A stretch of 64,000 bases of DNA from a virus (Duplodnaviria; Caudoviricetes), in IMG/VR virus record IMGVR_UViG_3300017565_000002, positions 1-64,000 of that record. The stretch is one strand, 5' to 3'. A model generated the notes under the pieces. That model saw nothing but the letters and a program-made list of their open reading frames with translations. It searched no databases and was not told where the DNA came from. Numbering within the stretch: the stretch's first letter is position 1; each line of letters opens with the position of its first letter. Below are positions 45,751 to 56,540 of this stretch, piece after piece. Position numbers and translations under genes: made by a program.

Positions 45751-48700
45751 TTAAACGACGTTGAAATCTAAAGATTTGGTGACAGTGTTATATTGCATGG
45801 TCACACTTCCAATTGTCATCTTATTAGTTGCCGTCACTTCTGCAAATGTTGGTGTTGAAGTTGGTCCCAGCCCTACGTCTGTGGCGGTAGGTTTAAATCC
45901 TGTGTGGTACAACTCAACCCAAGGGTACCACATACCCCCACCACCCAATGGATTACCATGGCGCATATAATACTTATTATTACTAAACCCACTCACAAGT
46001 TGTGTTACCGTATCACCAATGTCACCTCTAAGAACTAATAGATTTCCGAATGCTAGGTTGGAACCAACGGGGCCATTCGTTACGACACTTGGTAATCGGT
46101 GGGAACCTGCTTCTGTTACTGTGTCCAAATCTGCTGTGGTTGCAAAATTATATCTACGCATGAATCCACCAGCGCTGACGCCATCCACCATGTCAGCATT
46201 TAAACCACTACCTGTTCCCATATTACCAGCATGCCAAACCTTATATGGTCCAACATATGCAGTCGATGGGGCTTTGTATACCTCAAGCCATTCAACTACA
46301 GTATCACCAGTACCGCCACTGTTGGGCACTATGGCAATATCAAAGTATTTTGCTTCTGGGTCAAATTTGTTATGATCACCCGTTGCCGTGGTGTTATAGC
46401 CAGAGATGACACCCTCGAAATATTGGGAGACACCGGCTGCTATTGTAGCACCTCTAGCAGCGAAATAGTTGTATGCGGATGCCTGATCAGTGTTTATCTC
46501 GGCGTAACTATTGTCAAGCGAAATTGCACCAATATACAGTAAACCAGTGCCGCTCTTTTTCTTTATCTTTGCTCTTAAGAAATAGTTACTTTCTGGATCA
46601 ATTGGAATCCTGGACATTATTTTAATCGTAGTATTGCCGCTTATAACAACACCTCTATCCGATTCACTATAGGATGCAGAACTACCTGACGCGATTGCAG
46701 TCCAATCATTATTACCCAAGACAAATCCGGTTGTTGTATGATAACGCTGTTTCCGTAGGTTAGCATCACCACTATCTACATAACCCTTATTCGCAATATC
46801 TGCATCCACCGCTGGTGATACAATCTGTGAACGCCCATTGCCGTCGCGTGTCATGACAGTATTGATTGTCGCGGTGGTTGAGTTGGCTAACCCACGCACC
46901 AAATCCGCATTTAGGCCACTACCCGTTCCCATATTACCCGCATGCCAGATTTTATTTGTCGGGCTTGCTGCACCCATATATAATTCTCTTGCACTAATCC
47001 ACTTATCCGTGCCGGATGAGAAGGTTGTGATACTATTATTGATTTCAGCATTTAAAACAGCAGACGTGTTTTGGTTAAAATAGCTCACTAATAATAAACT
47101 TTGGCCAGATGTAGCTTTGGAATATCCAGTGAATATGATACCCCTATTAAAGAAACCTGCTGCATAAGGCACTTTTATTCCAAAGTATTTGATACCACCA
47201 TAAGTACATGTCACAAGCGTCCACGCTTCGCCAACACTTTCTATTGTACCTACGTTAGTAGAAGTACCCGCAGCCCTAGTGGTAACAGTAACAGACGCGA
47301 TCCTATTACTAACACCTATCCCACCACGCAAAGCATGGAACGTTCCCATACAATAGTTTTCAGCAATATCGGTACCATCATATATTGGATGTAAAAGTAT
47401 GACAGATTGGAGATAGTCACTTGATTGTACGCCAATGAATTTATTGGTATGGTGATTATGATTCCCGCCACTCGTGGCATCTATGATTTGTAAATCTTTT
47501 GTCATGACTACAGAGCCATCTTTTTTGACAAAATCATTACCATGTAAGCCGTCCAACATATCGGCATTTAATCCACTACCAGCACCTACGTTTCCGTAGT
47601 GCCAGACTTTATCTGTACCTACATACAAATTCTGGTAGTCATACCACTTGGAAGCAGTAGGTGTGAATGTCGCGATACTATCATTAATTTCAGCATTCAG
47701 AACAGTTGATGTCGTCGTTCTGTAGTATGGAATTACTTTTAACGTCTCAGGAGCCGCTGAATAGACGTAACCCGTAAATGAATACCCATGGACAAGCGGA
47801 GATTCAAGATACGGAACCTTTAGTGCCATATAATTGACACCATTGTATACGCATGTAACCAATGTCCACTTTTCACTGACACTCTCAATAGCCGCTATAT
47901 TTAATTTGTATGAAGATCTGGTATTAATATTCACCATAGCAAGTCTATTGGCAGATCCTCCACCACCACGCGAACCGTAGATTGTACCAACACAATAGTT
48001 ATTGGTGGTAAGTTCAGTTAAATGGTAGCGTTGATGTAAAAGAATCACGTACTCCTCTCCCGATGCTAATGCAACAGGATCTAACCGTCTATTGGCATAA
48101 TATGCATATGCATCTAGTGGAATCTGGAGTCCGCCTGTCATTGCTACAGAACCATCTTTTTTGACAAGATCCGTACCATGAATTCCATCTACGAGATCGG
48201 CATTCAATCCACTACCCGGGCCTTGATTTGTTTCATTCCAGATCTTATACCATAATCCCCATGTATTGCTATTTACGGTTCCATTTCTATAGTACAAGGT
48301 TCCTTCATCTGTAAATGCGAGCTGATGGACTCTTGTGGCAGTACCATCACTATATGGTTTAAACGTTATAACCCCCGCATATCCTCCAGTGCCAGCTGGT
48401 AAATCGACAGTTGTTCTAGTTTTAAAATCAACCCTAAATTTCGAGTTTATACTAGTATCAGCAGGCAGCAGGTTAGTAACTCTGGTGTCTGGTACTCCTA
48501 ATGCAGGATTATTGGTTACAGTATCCAACCGTGCAATATCATCAACGGCTGACGGGGCCGAAACTTTGGATCGACCATTCCCATCACGCATCATGATTGT
48601 ATTGCTATTACCTGCCACTGTTGGCCCCATGTTAACTAATGTACCGGCATCTTTTGCATATCTTGATACGGTAGAATTATCTACAAGAGTCCACGTGAAT

Positions 48701-50349
48701 GATCCAATTGTGGGAGAAATAGAAATCCCCCAACCTTGAGACCAAGTGCTATAATTTGTGATCGTAAACCCTACAAATACATCTCTGATGACAACCTGTG
48801 GATATGCCCAAGCAGTGTCGGTTTCCCCGATATATATACAGCAATTAGTACCGTCATGGCCGAATCTAACCTTAAGATCGCCTTGTAAAGTTCGAGTTAT
48901 TGTATGACAGTTACAAGAAAGCCAGGCGGACGACGTACCATAGTTATAGCCAGATATATGAAACGTTGCTGTTTTGGATGGTGTTGAATAATCATATACA
49001 TCAACGGTCATCATTATCATATTGCTAGACCAGCTTACGGGAAGTTTTATCTTGATTACACCAGTTTCAGAAACGAGTACACTCGAATACATTCCTCCGC
49101 TAGGGTACGCTAAAAAGATACCGGGTCCCGGGCTAAGCCTTGAACCTACGGCGGGAGCCTCTAATGCTCCTGTCATCTTATCTCCGTCTAACTTAACTGC
49201 ATTTTCAAGCGTTGTACGAGGATCAGTCTTCCAGTCAGATTTTCCAGTAATGGCTTTGATTCGGTTTGCTAACCAACCCAGAATCGTCGTGAGAGTGCCG
49301 GTGTTAGAGCTTGGTGCTGTGCCATCACCTATTACGCGACTACCGATAACTGTATCAGTTGCGGCATCTGTTGTCTCTGTCAACTCGGAGAAACGTACAT
49401 TACCCCATGCAATACTACCGGCGACAGACCCAGCTTTCAAAAATTTATTATTATTCGTCGCACCTGTAGCAGGGACATGAAGATTTCCGTCTCCGGTTGG
49501 ATGTACATAGTTATTCGCACCAGCTGTAATACCAGCAAGTTTATCAAATTGTGCAGCCGTCATAAACCCTGCGGCAGCGCTACTAGCGGCAGCATGAGCA
49601 GTTCCACCTGCACCAACGTGAGTTATTGGAGCTTGTTGAACGTTATCGACATTTCCTAACCCCACATCTGCTTTACCGGGCTTATTAGCAGATGTATAGA
49701 AATCTGCCCATGCACCCCAGCTATTATCCCCCTGTGTTGCTGCCCTAACTTTCATCAGCGGAATCTTGTTATTGGCATAATCGTACGCAATTTGATATGA
49801 CGAGGTATACGCATTCATATTATAGGTAATAACACCAGAGATGGAGAATGGAAATCCTTTGGTGTTATCACCCAATGTATATGAAATTCCCTCTGGATAA
49901 GTGTTTGGGGCATCTGAAGCTGACTTTGCATTATAGCCAAGATTGCGATAAGGTTCTTGTTTGAGGTTATCAACATTTCCTAGCCCGACCTGTGCCTTCG
50001 TTACTTGGTTAGGGTTGTCTCTTCTAGCTGCATATGCAGAGATAGAAGTATCAACCGCAGTTTGTGTTACATAATTCTCGCTGTGCCAAGTGTTATTATG
50101 CACAACCAGTTGCTGAATCGTAGGAAGGTTTGCCCATGGGACCTTAGAGGTTCCATCCAATGGTGCAATGCCGTTTGCTGCACCAATCTTATTATTTATA
50201 GCAGCAATACTGGCACTTAATTGATTAAGCGTAATGGTTCCATCTCCGAGCTGTACATCAATCTGCTGTACCACGGCAAGGAGTTGGGTTTTTATACTCT
50301 CCAGTTCATGTAGTACGTGTGGTTTTGACACAATATGCACTCCTCTCAT
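45751..50349 (-). CDS. Long tail fibre protein
   Basis: NPxQVTKAQVGLGNVDN repeats, four W..GN.G.GSGLNAD..DG joints, gp53-like C-terminal W.ELYHTG.KP; true start may be GTG 50331. Confidence 0.85.
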   Translation of the reverse strand: MRGVHIVSKPHVLHELESIKTQLLAVVQQIDVQLGDGTITLNQLSASIAAINNKIGAANGIAPLDGTSKVPWANLPTIQQLVVHNNTWHSENYVTQTAVDTSISAYAARRDNPNQVTKAQVGLGNVDNLKQEPYRNLGYNAKSASDAPNTYPEGISYTLGDNTKGFPFSISGVITYNMNAYTSSYQIAYDYANNKIPLMKVRAATQGDNSWGAWADFYTSANKPGKADVGLGNVDNVQQAPITHVGAGGTAHAAASSAAAGFMTAAQFDKLAGITAGANNYVHPTGDGNLHVPATGATNNNKFLKAGSVAGSIAWGNVRFSELTETTDAATDTVIGSRVIGDGTAPSSNTGTLTTILGWLANRIKAITGKSDWKTDPRTTLENAVKLDGDKMTGALEAPAVGSRLSPGPGIFLAYPSGGMYSSVLVSETGVIKIKLPVSWSSNMIMMTVDVYDYSTPSKTATFHISGYNYGTSSAWLSCNCHTITRTLQGDLKVRFGHDGTNCCIYIGETDTAWAYPQVVIRDVFVGFTITNYSTWSQGWGISISPTIGSFTWTLVDNSTVSRYAKDAGTLVNMGPTVAGNSNTIMMRDGNGRSKVSAPSAVDDIARLDTVTNNPALGVPDTRVTNLLPADTSINSKFRVDFKTRTTVDLPAGTGGYAGVITFKPYSDGTATRVHQLAFTDEGTLYYRNGTVNSNTWGLWYKIWNETNQGPGSGLNADLVDGIHGTDLVKKDGSVAMTGGLQIPLDAYAYYANRRLDPVALASGEEYVILLHQRYHLTELTTNNYCVGTIYGSRGGGGSANRLAMVNINTRSSYKLNIAAIESVSEKWTLVTCVYNGVNYMALKVPYLESPLVHGYSFTGYVYSAAPETLKVIPYYRTTTSTVLNAEINDSIATFTPTASKWYDYQNLYVGTDKVWHYGNVGAGSGLNADMLDGLHGNDFVKKDGSVVMTKDLQIIDATSGGNHNHHTNKFIGVQSSDYLQSVILLHPIYDGTDIAENYCMGTFHALRGGIGVSNRIASVTVTTRAAGTSTNVGTIESVGEAWTLVTCTYGGIKYFGIKVPYAAGFFNRGIIFTGYSKATSGQSLLLVSYFNQNTSAVLNAEINNSITTFSSGTDKWISARELYMGAASPTNKIWHAGNMGTGSGLNADLVRGLANSTTATINTVMTRDGNGRSQIVSPAVDADIANKGYVDSGDANLRKQRYHTTTGFVLGNNDWTAIASGSSASYSESDRGVVISGNTTIKIMSRIPIDPESNYFLRAKIKKKSGTGLLYIGAISLDNSYAEINTDQASAYNYFAARGATIAAGVSQYFEGVISGYNTTATGDHNKFDPEAKYFDIAIVPNSGGTGDTVVEWLEVYKAPSTAYVGPYKVWHAGNMGTGSGLNADMVDGVSAGGFMRRYNFATTADLDTVTEAGSHRLPSVVTNGPVGSNLAFGNLLVLRGDIGDTVTQLVSGFSNNKYYMRHGNPLGGGGMWYPWVELYHTGFKPTATDVGLGPTSTPTFAEVTATNKMTIGSVTMQYNTVTKSLDFNVV

Positions 50350-50374
50350 TAAATCGATCGTAAATTAAGGTCGT

Positions 50375-50386
50375 TATAATGATGTT
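50375..50386 (-). promoter_or_regulatory. Late-type promoter AACA-N6-TA
   Basis: AACAtcattaTA. Confidence 0.65.
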
Positions 50387-50406
50387 TCGTTTAAAAAATA
50401 GGTAAA

Positions 50407-50430
50407 GAGTAGGTGATATATCACCTACTC
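50407..50430 (-). terminator. Intrinsic terminator
   Basis: gagtaggtga/tcacctactc stem. Confidence 0.75.
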
Positions 50431-50439
50431 TCCGTTTCA

Positions 50440-52566
50440 TTACGAGGAACTAGCGTTAAATGTCATAATCGGCGTTTCGTGGATTCCCACACCATATTTG
50501 CCATTCATTATAACGGGCAATGCAATGTGTAATGTAGTGCCTGATGTGCCATAGATAAAAGGAATAGAAATTTCATAACCCCGTATAATGATTAAGAGCA
50601 TTTCAACATGGACCCAACCTTGTGCTGTCGTAAGTGTTATATCAGTCGACTGCTCTACACCATTAAGACGGAGTTTTTCTCCCGCAAGGCCACCCTTTCG
50701 TATAATGGCAGGACTACCCGACTGGAGCTTTATCCACATTGCAATCGTTGAATATCCTTGGCTACCTGAAATCGATAATGAATTATTGGTAGTCATCATA
50801 TACTTTGAAGAATACGGGGAGTTTGTACCTGCCCCAGCCACGATCTGTAACACCCTAAAGTGAGCACCATATCTCTTATAGCCAGTGGATAATTTACGAT
50901 TTGGCATAGATTCCAACAGATCCGCTACAGTCTGAGGAAGGGCTGCCCCTGCACCCCCATATGTTGAACTGTCATAGGTGAACATACCGCCGTCAGTTAG
51001 GACTGATCCATTATAGCTGGAAAATAACATCCCAGCTGAAAATGCGGTATTGGGAAGTGATGACAATGGGTGGAAACCTGAACCCATGAATCTACCAGAG
51101 TCCGGAAGAAGATTTGTCTTTGGCAATTCGGTTAATGCCACGTTTAAAGCTATTTTCGTATTCTGTAAATCGGTATTTACGGTGTTGATATAGTTTTGTA
51201 AGCTACTAATTAAGCTTGCTTCTCCACCACGATCTGCATATTTAAAGATGAAAGCGTGAACTTCATCTCCTATAGTAAGTGGAAAGTTTAGGGTGACAAC
51301 CCTTGTTCCCGGTGCAATGGAATAGTCGACGTCTTCTAAATTTATACCCTTATAAGATAGCATCTCCTTATCTCCGGTAGCTGGAGAGAAGAATTCTTCA
51401 GGTATGGCAAAACTGGTAATTCCGTTGGCGGTTGCCGAATACGTGTACTCGAAAAGGTATTTCTTACCGCTGGTGCCACCCATCAGTGTACCACCCATAC
51501 CATTCGAGTTATTACTGATATATTTCATAACCCGATAGAGGTAGGCTAGGAACCCATCTGTGATATCCAGCATTTTATACACCAATGTCGGATGAGGTTT
51601 AACCTCATTGGTCGTTACGACGATATCATAGTAAGACTGGGAATCCAATCCCTCAACACTCTTACCATTAGCCGATATTGTAAGATTTTCATTGGAGATA
51701 CGAACTGGTGTAACTTTAGCCGATTTCAAAATTGATGTTATAGCAGCAGTTTCCGATGATGATACAAACTCATGCGTTGATGCAACTGCATTATCGGAAA
51801 AGGAACGATAAGTCTTCATGCTGAATTTATCATTCTTCTCAAATAAGAAATATTGAGTAGGTAGTCTAACCGTAACAGGTGTCGCTCTCTTATTAAAGAT
51901 CCAAAATGGATATGTCAATTCCGTCACTGTCTTATTCTTTATCAGGAATACCTCATTGTTTAAAATACAGAACTTGTCTCGGTTTGCAACAAGATCTCGA
52001 TCTGCATATGGAACGGATGGATATCCCAATGTAGATGCAAATGTGCCGGTCTCTAACTTCATAAGTTTAAACACGGCATTATTAGTTAACACCTCCCGAC
52101 CAAGGTTAGAGAGGATCTTGGTTTTACTGATTGCCTCTATCATAATACCTTGGTTCACATCAAACACATCCGCATCTGTATTTAGCTTACAGAAGAATTC
52201 TGGAAGAACCAGAATATCCTTAATCGCGTTAGATTGATTATATTGAATCAATACCTGCCGCTCATGGATATCCGTTGCCGTAATGACAAAGGAATGAGGG
52301 ATTGCAACTGCCACTTTAGCAGAGAAATTACCTTCTGTGCCCACGCCGATCGTCGCATCTTTCACGGTCTGGGTAACTTGAATCGTTGCTGGGTTGTAGA
52401 TATTCGTATAGTCGTCAATACTCGGTAACAAATGAAGAACGTTGCTCGTATCTTTGTAAACCAATCGCATATTCGCATTAAATGCCATTTCACCCGGAAT
52501 CAGATCAGTTTGTGGGTTTGCAAATACACCAAAAAAGTTAGCAAAGTGTAATTTATCAATTGCCAT
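50440..52566 (-). CDS. Tail-fibre-associated protein with C-terminal receptor-binding-like domain
   Basis: Start reassigned to MAIDKL after SD GGAGGTG; coiled segment, then NLLPDSGRF...YGGAGAAL...KRYG domain. Confidence 0.65.
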   Translation of the reverse strand: MAIDKLHFANFFGVFANPQTDLIPGEMAFNANMRLVYKDTSNVLHLLPSIDDYTNIYNPATIQVTQTVKDATIGVGTEGNFSAKVAVAIPHSFVITATDIHERQVLIQYNQSNAIKDILVLPEFFCKLNTDADVFDVNQGIMIEAISKTKILSNLGREVLTNNAVFKLMKLETGTFASTLGYPSVPYADRDLVANRDKFCILNNEVFLIKNKTVTELTYPFWIFNKRATPVTVRLPTQYFLFEKNDKFSMKTYRSFSDNAVASTHEFVSSSETAAITSILKSAKVTPVRISNENLTISANGKSVEGLDSQSYYDIVVTTNEVKPHPTLVYKMLDITDGFLAYLYRVMKYISNNSNGMGGTLMGGTSGKKYLFEYTYSATANGITSFAIPEEFFSPATGDKEMLSYKGINLEDVDYSIAPGTRVVTLNFPLTIGDEVHAFIFKYADRGGEASLISSLQNYINTVNTDLQNTKIALNVALTELPKTNLLPDSGRFMGSGFHPLSSLPNTAFSAGMLFSSYNGSVLTDGGMFTYDSSTYGGAGAALPQTVADLLESMPNRKLSTGYKRYGAHFRVLQIVAGAGTNSPYSSKYMMTTNNSLSISGSQGYSTIAMWIKLQSGSPAIIRKGGLAGEKLRLNGVEQSTDITLTTAQGWVHVEMLLIIIRGYEISIPFIYGTSGTTLHIALPVIMNGKYGVGIHETPIMTFNASSS

Positions 52567-52592
52567 TAAGTACACCTCCATATGTGTTTACA

Positions 52593-52619
52593 AAGGAGTC
52601 GCCACTTAGACGACTCCTT
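52593..52619 (-). terminator. Intrinsic terminator
   Basis: aaggagtcg/cgactcctt stem. Confidence 0.65.
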
Positions 52620-52625
52620 ATTTCC

Positions 52626-55600
52626 TTACAATTTGTATCGAGGACTTCCAGTCCGATAAGTCGAAATTGGAATCCGACCATCGGATGTCAATACATTTGG
52701 AATTTCCTCAGGTATAGCAATATGGTCTTCTATTGTAAGTTCTTTACGATCTTTTAAGCAATACTCATACAAGATTTCAAACCAATGGCGATCAGCAAAA
52801 TTCACTGTCCGTCTATGGTCTTCTACATTTATTACAGTATTCAATACGCCAAGCAATGATTCAATTTCAGCTACAGACAATGTAGCCAAATATGCTGACC
52901 ACTTATCCACAAGATTATAAAAGCTTGATTCATACGTAAAGTCAACACGTTTTCGTAGAATACACATATTGTGAATCGAATTGACATTAATGGAGAATCG
53001 GTAAGAATCTATAACCTGAATATTGGACGGATGAATAAGTTTCCCGTCTACAAATACCAGATTATATTTTGTACTAAATGGGTAATTCTTATTCGTCAGT
53101 GTAACGATCTTACTCCCAGCGGTTAGGGCTACGTTATACTCAACCATCTCAACTTCACTGGATAGTAAAACACTAATGGTTTCCCCTGTAGTCACATCCG
53201 TATCCAAATCAGTAACCAAAACTGTTTTCCCTTTAAGGATGGTATATTGGAATGGATTCAGTATATAAACCCGTTCTCTTGGTACCAGTCTCCCCCCAAT
53301 AAAGGCAACGATGTTATTTGAACTTATGAACGATGCCCAAGTGGGAAGTTCGGTAAGTCCATTCTTACTATAAGGCTCACAGATAAATTTATTAAATTTT
53401 GTGGTTGTTACATGAATATTCTTTCCGACATCCCCACTGGCTAAAGTAACCTGTTTTATACTTCCCTTATTCTCAACCGTAGTAGGTGTTAACTGTGTAA
53501 ATTTCCTCTTCTTAGCTGGGGTTAACGTCATCGGATGGAATCTTCTAATAACAGCTGTAGAACCTCCGGCGAGATAAATTGTGCCATCCGATCCCCCAAT
53601 TATCCGTTTCGCAGCAAGTGTATAAGGATAGTATCCACTCCAAACTTCCGGTGCAAGTGTCCTTGGGTTATACATTGCAATCCTAGCTGTCGGGAAACCC
53701 CCGCAAACGTAGACATTCCCATCATTTCCAACCATGATATCGGCAATAAGTGTATCGTAAGCAGCACTTATACCTTGTGTAACCATGGTAGATGAATTTA
53801 TTTTGATAAAGGTATCTCTGGTTGTACTACCTATACCATATAGATCACCCATCTGACTCATAACCAACTGCGTGTAAATACCAAAAGTTTCTGTATTCTC
53901 GGCTTCCTTTGCCAGCGTCGTCGGATGTAGACGCCATATTTTATTGGTTCCACCAATAAATATTTTCCCATTTGGTCCTTTCACTGTGGAGAAAATGGTT
54001 GAGCCAAATGTGGTTAAAGAGTTTAGTATTGCAAATGTATTTGCATCTACCCGATGCAAATAAGAATCAGCACCAGTCCAACCTTTTACATAAAAATCCC
54101 CCGCATTACCTGGTATCATAAACTGGGCAATTCTATCACCCTCTGTACTCTCGGACACAAGAGTTAGATTATTGGGTTCATATTTACTTATTTTATAAGG
54201 TGATGCCTTTCCTACTAATAAATTCCCATCTGGAAGTACCATAATAGATGAAGGTGAAGTCGATACTGTAACAGAAACTTCCGTCGCCATCGTATAAGGA
54301 TTTATCTTACGCAAATTATTACTACCGGCTGTACTAACTGCATAGATATACCCATCTAGGCCAACCACGATATCGCGAATCGTACCACTCAATGAACCTG
54401 TCATCAATTCTGTCGAAGTCTCATATACTTTAATGGGAATATTATCGTTAATTTTACCAGATGGTCCAACCACTAAAGTTGTTGTTTCCGGTTTAACTGA
54501 CTCTACATATGGTTCTACGGTAGAACCGAGATCAACCGATACGATACTAGCAGGAATCTTGTATAATGATACCCCACTTGAGATACTTGTCGCACCTGAG
54601 CTTGCAGTACCACTTAATCCACCACTCACAGAGTTTACGATCGTTGACGTCGTGTCGGTTAATTTCCAATATGCACGAAGAGATGTTTCATTTCCCTTAA
54701 GCTCATAGTTCATATGAGCTTTAATTTGATTCTGGCTTCGATCTATATCCCAAAGCCGTATATCCTTCAAATCGGCACGTAGGAATTGACTAGTAGTCAT
54801 ATTACCTATAGTCAATGGAGCCGTGTTTTGCCCTCCTACAGGTACGATAGTTGTACCAACTATTTCACCATTTACATAGAAGGTCGAACCTGAAGAATTC
54901 GTTGCAACTGCGATATGAACAAATACGCCAATCGGTGGTGCATAATTAACCGTCATAATGGAACCACCACTGAAAAACCCTATCCGTTTAGTGCCAGTTT
55001 CCAGGAATACTTCGTAATTACATACACCCCCCGATACCCTTTTGCTAATGATAGTCTCATATCCCGCAACAGTCCCAGTTCGGCGTATCCAAAACTCAAT
55101 CGTCATATTGCCGAGCAAAGATATTGCTGAATAATTGGGGACAGTAATATTACCACTTGTACCATTAAGTGAGTAGCAGTTGGGACTCGTTGGTATGATA
55201 TTATCATTAAAATAAATTTGGTATTGCCCATTGGACAAACGATTCGTCTTAAAGGGTGCTGTATTAATCCCATCATTAAAGAATAGCAATTCCTTTGGAT
55301 CTCGTTTCATATTTGCAATTGTATATTGAAATGAAGAATCCGTAATGGGAATTACGTAGCTTACTGTATGGGTTGTAAACTGAAAAGCAACCTTAGACTC
55401 CAAATACTCCCGATATACATTGTAGAAATCTTTAGACGCCTCTACCATTTCACTATTAAAAGTAGCCAATGGGGTATTCTCATTTATATTTGGCAGATAA
55501 GGCGTATGATTCTTAATCGCCGTCGGAAGTGTATTGGATAGAAACTGACTCATATAATCCCGGTATAAATTATATCGATGCTTCAAATCCTCATACTTGG

Positions 55601-56417
55601 ATACATTCCTTCTATAGATAACCACAATTCGTTCATCCAAATCAGGAACTTTAAACCCATCTGTCAAAGGTGTAAATTCTGTTGGAACTACACCTGTAGT
55701 TGTACCTACTTTATAATGACGGATATTATTCAATGCCACATATCCTAATGGAACTGGCAATTGGATATAGTTAAACTGACTATTCTGCATCGGTGTCCGT
55801 TTGTAAGAACGAATATCCGGACATAGGACAAGTACCCCTGTATTACTACCTGCGCTAATATTCAGTACATATTGACCAGCTTGAATCGTGGGTTCTACAT
55901 AGTGGGGGATACCATTGATCGTCAAGATATAACCATAAGCTAAATCTGGGGAACTTGTAGGTGCAACCGCTACTGTATAATTCCCCGTAAATTGATTTAT
56001 AGATGTAATTTCTTTTAAGACAGTGACGACAACGTTTGTCAAATCCCCATTGACAATCAGAACCATGTGACTATGTCCCGTTACATATACTGAACACTGC
56101 GATGGTGGGATAGCTACACCATTGGAACTGACTTGAATAAATACCTTCGTCAGATTAATAAAGGTAAGTAATGGATAGACTTTCTCATGGATCAATGGAA
56201 ACCTACGATTGATTTGAATATTACGGAAAATTTCATGGTAGACGTATACTGTCGTCCTACCTATCGCAGGTATCTTTAACTCTCTTTCAAAATGAATAAA
56301 GTCTTTCTTATTTAAGGATGTATTATCGATTGTAATACGAATAAGTCCGTTATGCTTATTCAACTCTTCTTTTCGTTTCAGTGTCTTCTCATAGATATAC
56401 TTAAATAGGTTATTCAT
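52626..56417 (-). CDS. Large virion (baseplate/tail) protein with inserted LamG and beta-propeller domains
   Basis: TIEFWI...HIAV...FYVNG...DIRLWD...LRAYWKL (LamG); G.DG.IY repeats (propeller); own late promoter. Confidence 0.7.
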   Translation of the reverse strand: MNNLFKYIYEKTLKRKEELNKHNGLIRITIDNTSLNKKDFIHFERELKIPAIGRTTVYVYHEIFRNIQINRRFPLIHEKVYPLLTFINLTKVFIQVSSNGVAIPPSQCSVYVTGHSHMVLIVNGDLTNVVVTVLKEITSINQFTGNYTVAVAPTSSPDLAYGYILTINGIPHYVEPTIQAGQYVLNISAGSNTGVLVLCPDIRSYKRTPMQNSQFNYIQLPVPLGYVALNNIRHYKVGTTTGVVPTEFTPLTDGFKVPDLDERIVVIYRRNVSKYEDLKHRYNLYRDYMSQFLSNTLPTAIKNHTPYLPNINENTPLATFNSEMVEASKDFYNVYREYLESKVAFQFTTHTVSYVIPITDSSFQYTIANMKRDPKELLFFNDGINTAPFKTNRLSNGQYQIYFNDNIIPTSPNCYSLNGTSGNITVPNYSAISLLGNMTIEFWIRRTGTVAGYETIISKRVSGGVCNYEVFLETGTKRIGFFSGGSIMTVNYAPPIGVFVHIAVATNSSGSTFYVNGEIVGTTIVPVGGQNTAPLTIGNMTTSQFLRADLKDIRLWDIDRSQNQIKAHMNYELKGNETSLRAYWKLTDTTSTIVNSVSGGLSGTASSGATSISSGVSLYKIPASIVSVDLGSTVEPYVESVKPETTTLVVGPSGKINDNIPIKVYETSTELMTGSLSGTIRDIVVGLDGYIYAVSTAGSNNLRKINPYTMATEVSVTVSTSPSSIMVLPDGNLLVGKASPYKISKYEPNNLTLVSESTEGDRIAQFMIPGNAGDFYVKGWTGADSYLHRVDANTFAILNSLTTFGSTIFSTVKGPNGKIFIGGTNKIWRLHPTTLAKEAENTETFGIYTQLVMSQMGDLYGIGSTTRDTFIKINSSTMVTQGISAAYDTLIADIMVGNDGNVYVCGGFPTARIAMYNPRTLAPEVWSGYYPYTLAAKRIIGGSDGTIYLAGGSTAVIRRFHPMTLTPAKKRKFTQLTPTTVENKGSIKQVTLASGDVGKNIHVTTTKFNKFICEPYSKNGLTELPTWASFISSNNIVAFIGGRLVPRERVYILNPFQYTILKGKTVLVTDLDTDVTTGETISVLLSSEVEMVEYNVALTAGSKIVTLTNKNYPFSTKYNLVFVDGKLIHPSNIQVIDSYRFSINVNSIHNMCILRKRVDFTYESSFYNLVDKWSAYLATLSVAEIESLLGVLNTVINVEDHRRTVNFADRHWFEILYEYCLKDRKELTIEDHIAIPEEIPNVLTSDGRIPISTYRTGSPRYKL

Positions 56418-56454
56418 ACTTCTCTCATACCTCCTATGACGTTCATGTCTCCAT

Positions 56455-56466
56455 TAATAGACTGTT
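56455..56466 (-). promoter_or_regulatory. Late-type promoter AACA-N6-TA
   Basis: AACAgtctatTA, identical to 2606-2617. Confidence 0.7.
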
Positions 56467-56540
56467 TTTAACACATTTATCTATACCCAATATTCCCCCT
56501 TAAATAGTATAAAATAATACTACTATAACTTAAATAATAA

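Noticed and set aside
36027-56417. Diversity-generating retroelement acting on tail fibres
   Set aside because: No reverse transcriptase in the window and no template/variable repeat pair differing only at adenines seen; repeats reflect domain duplication
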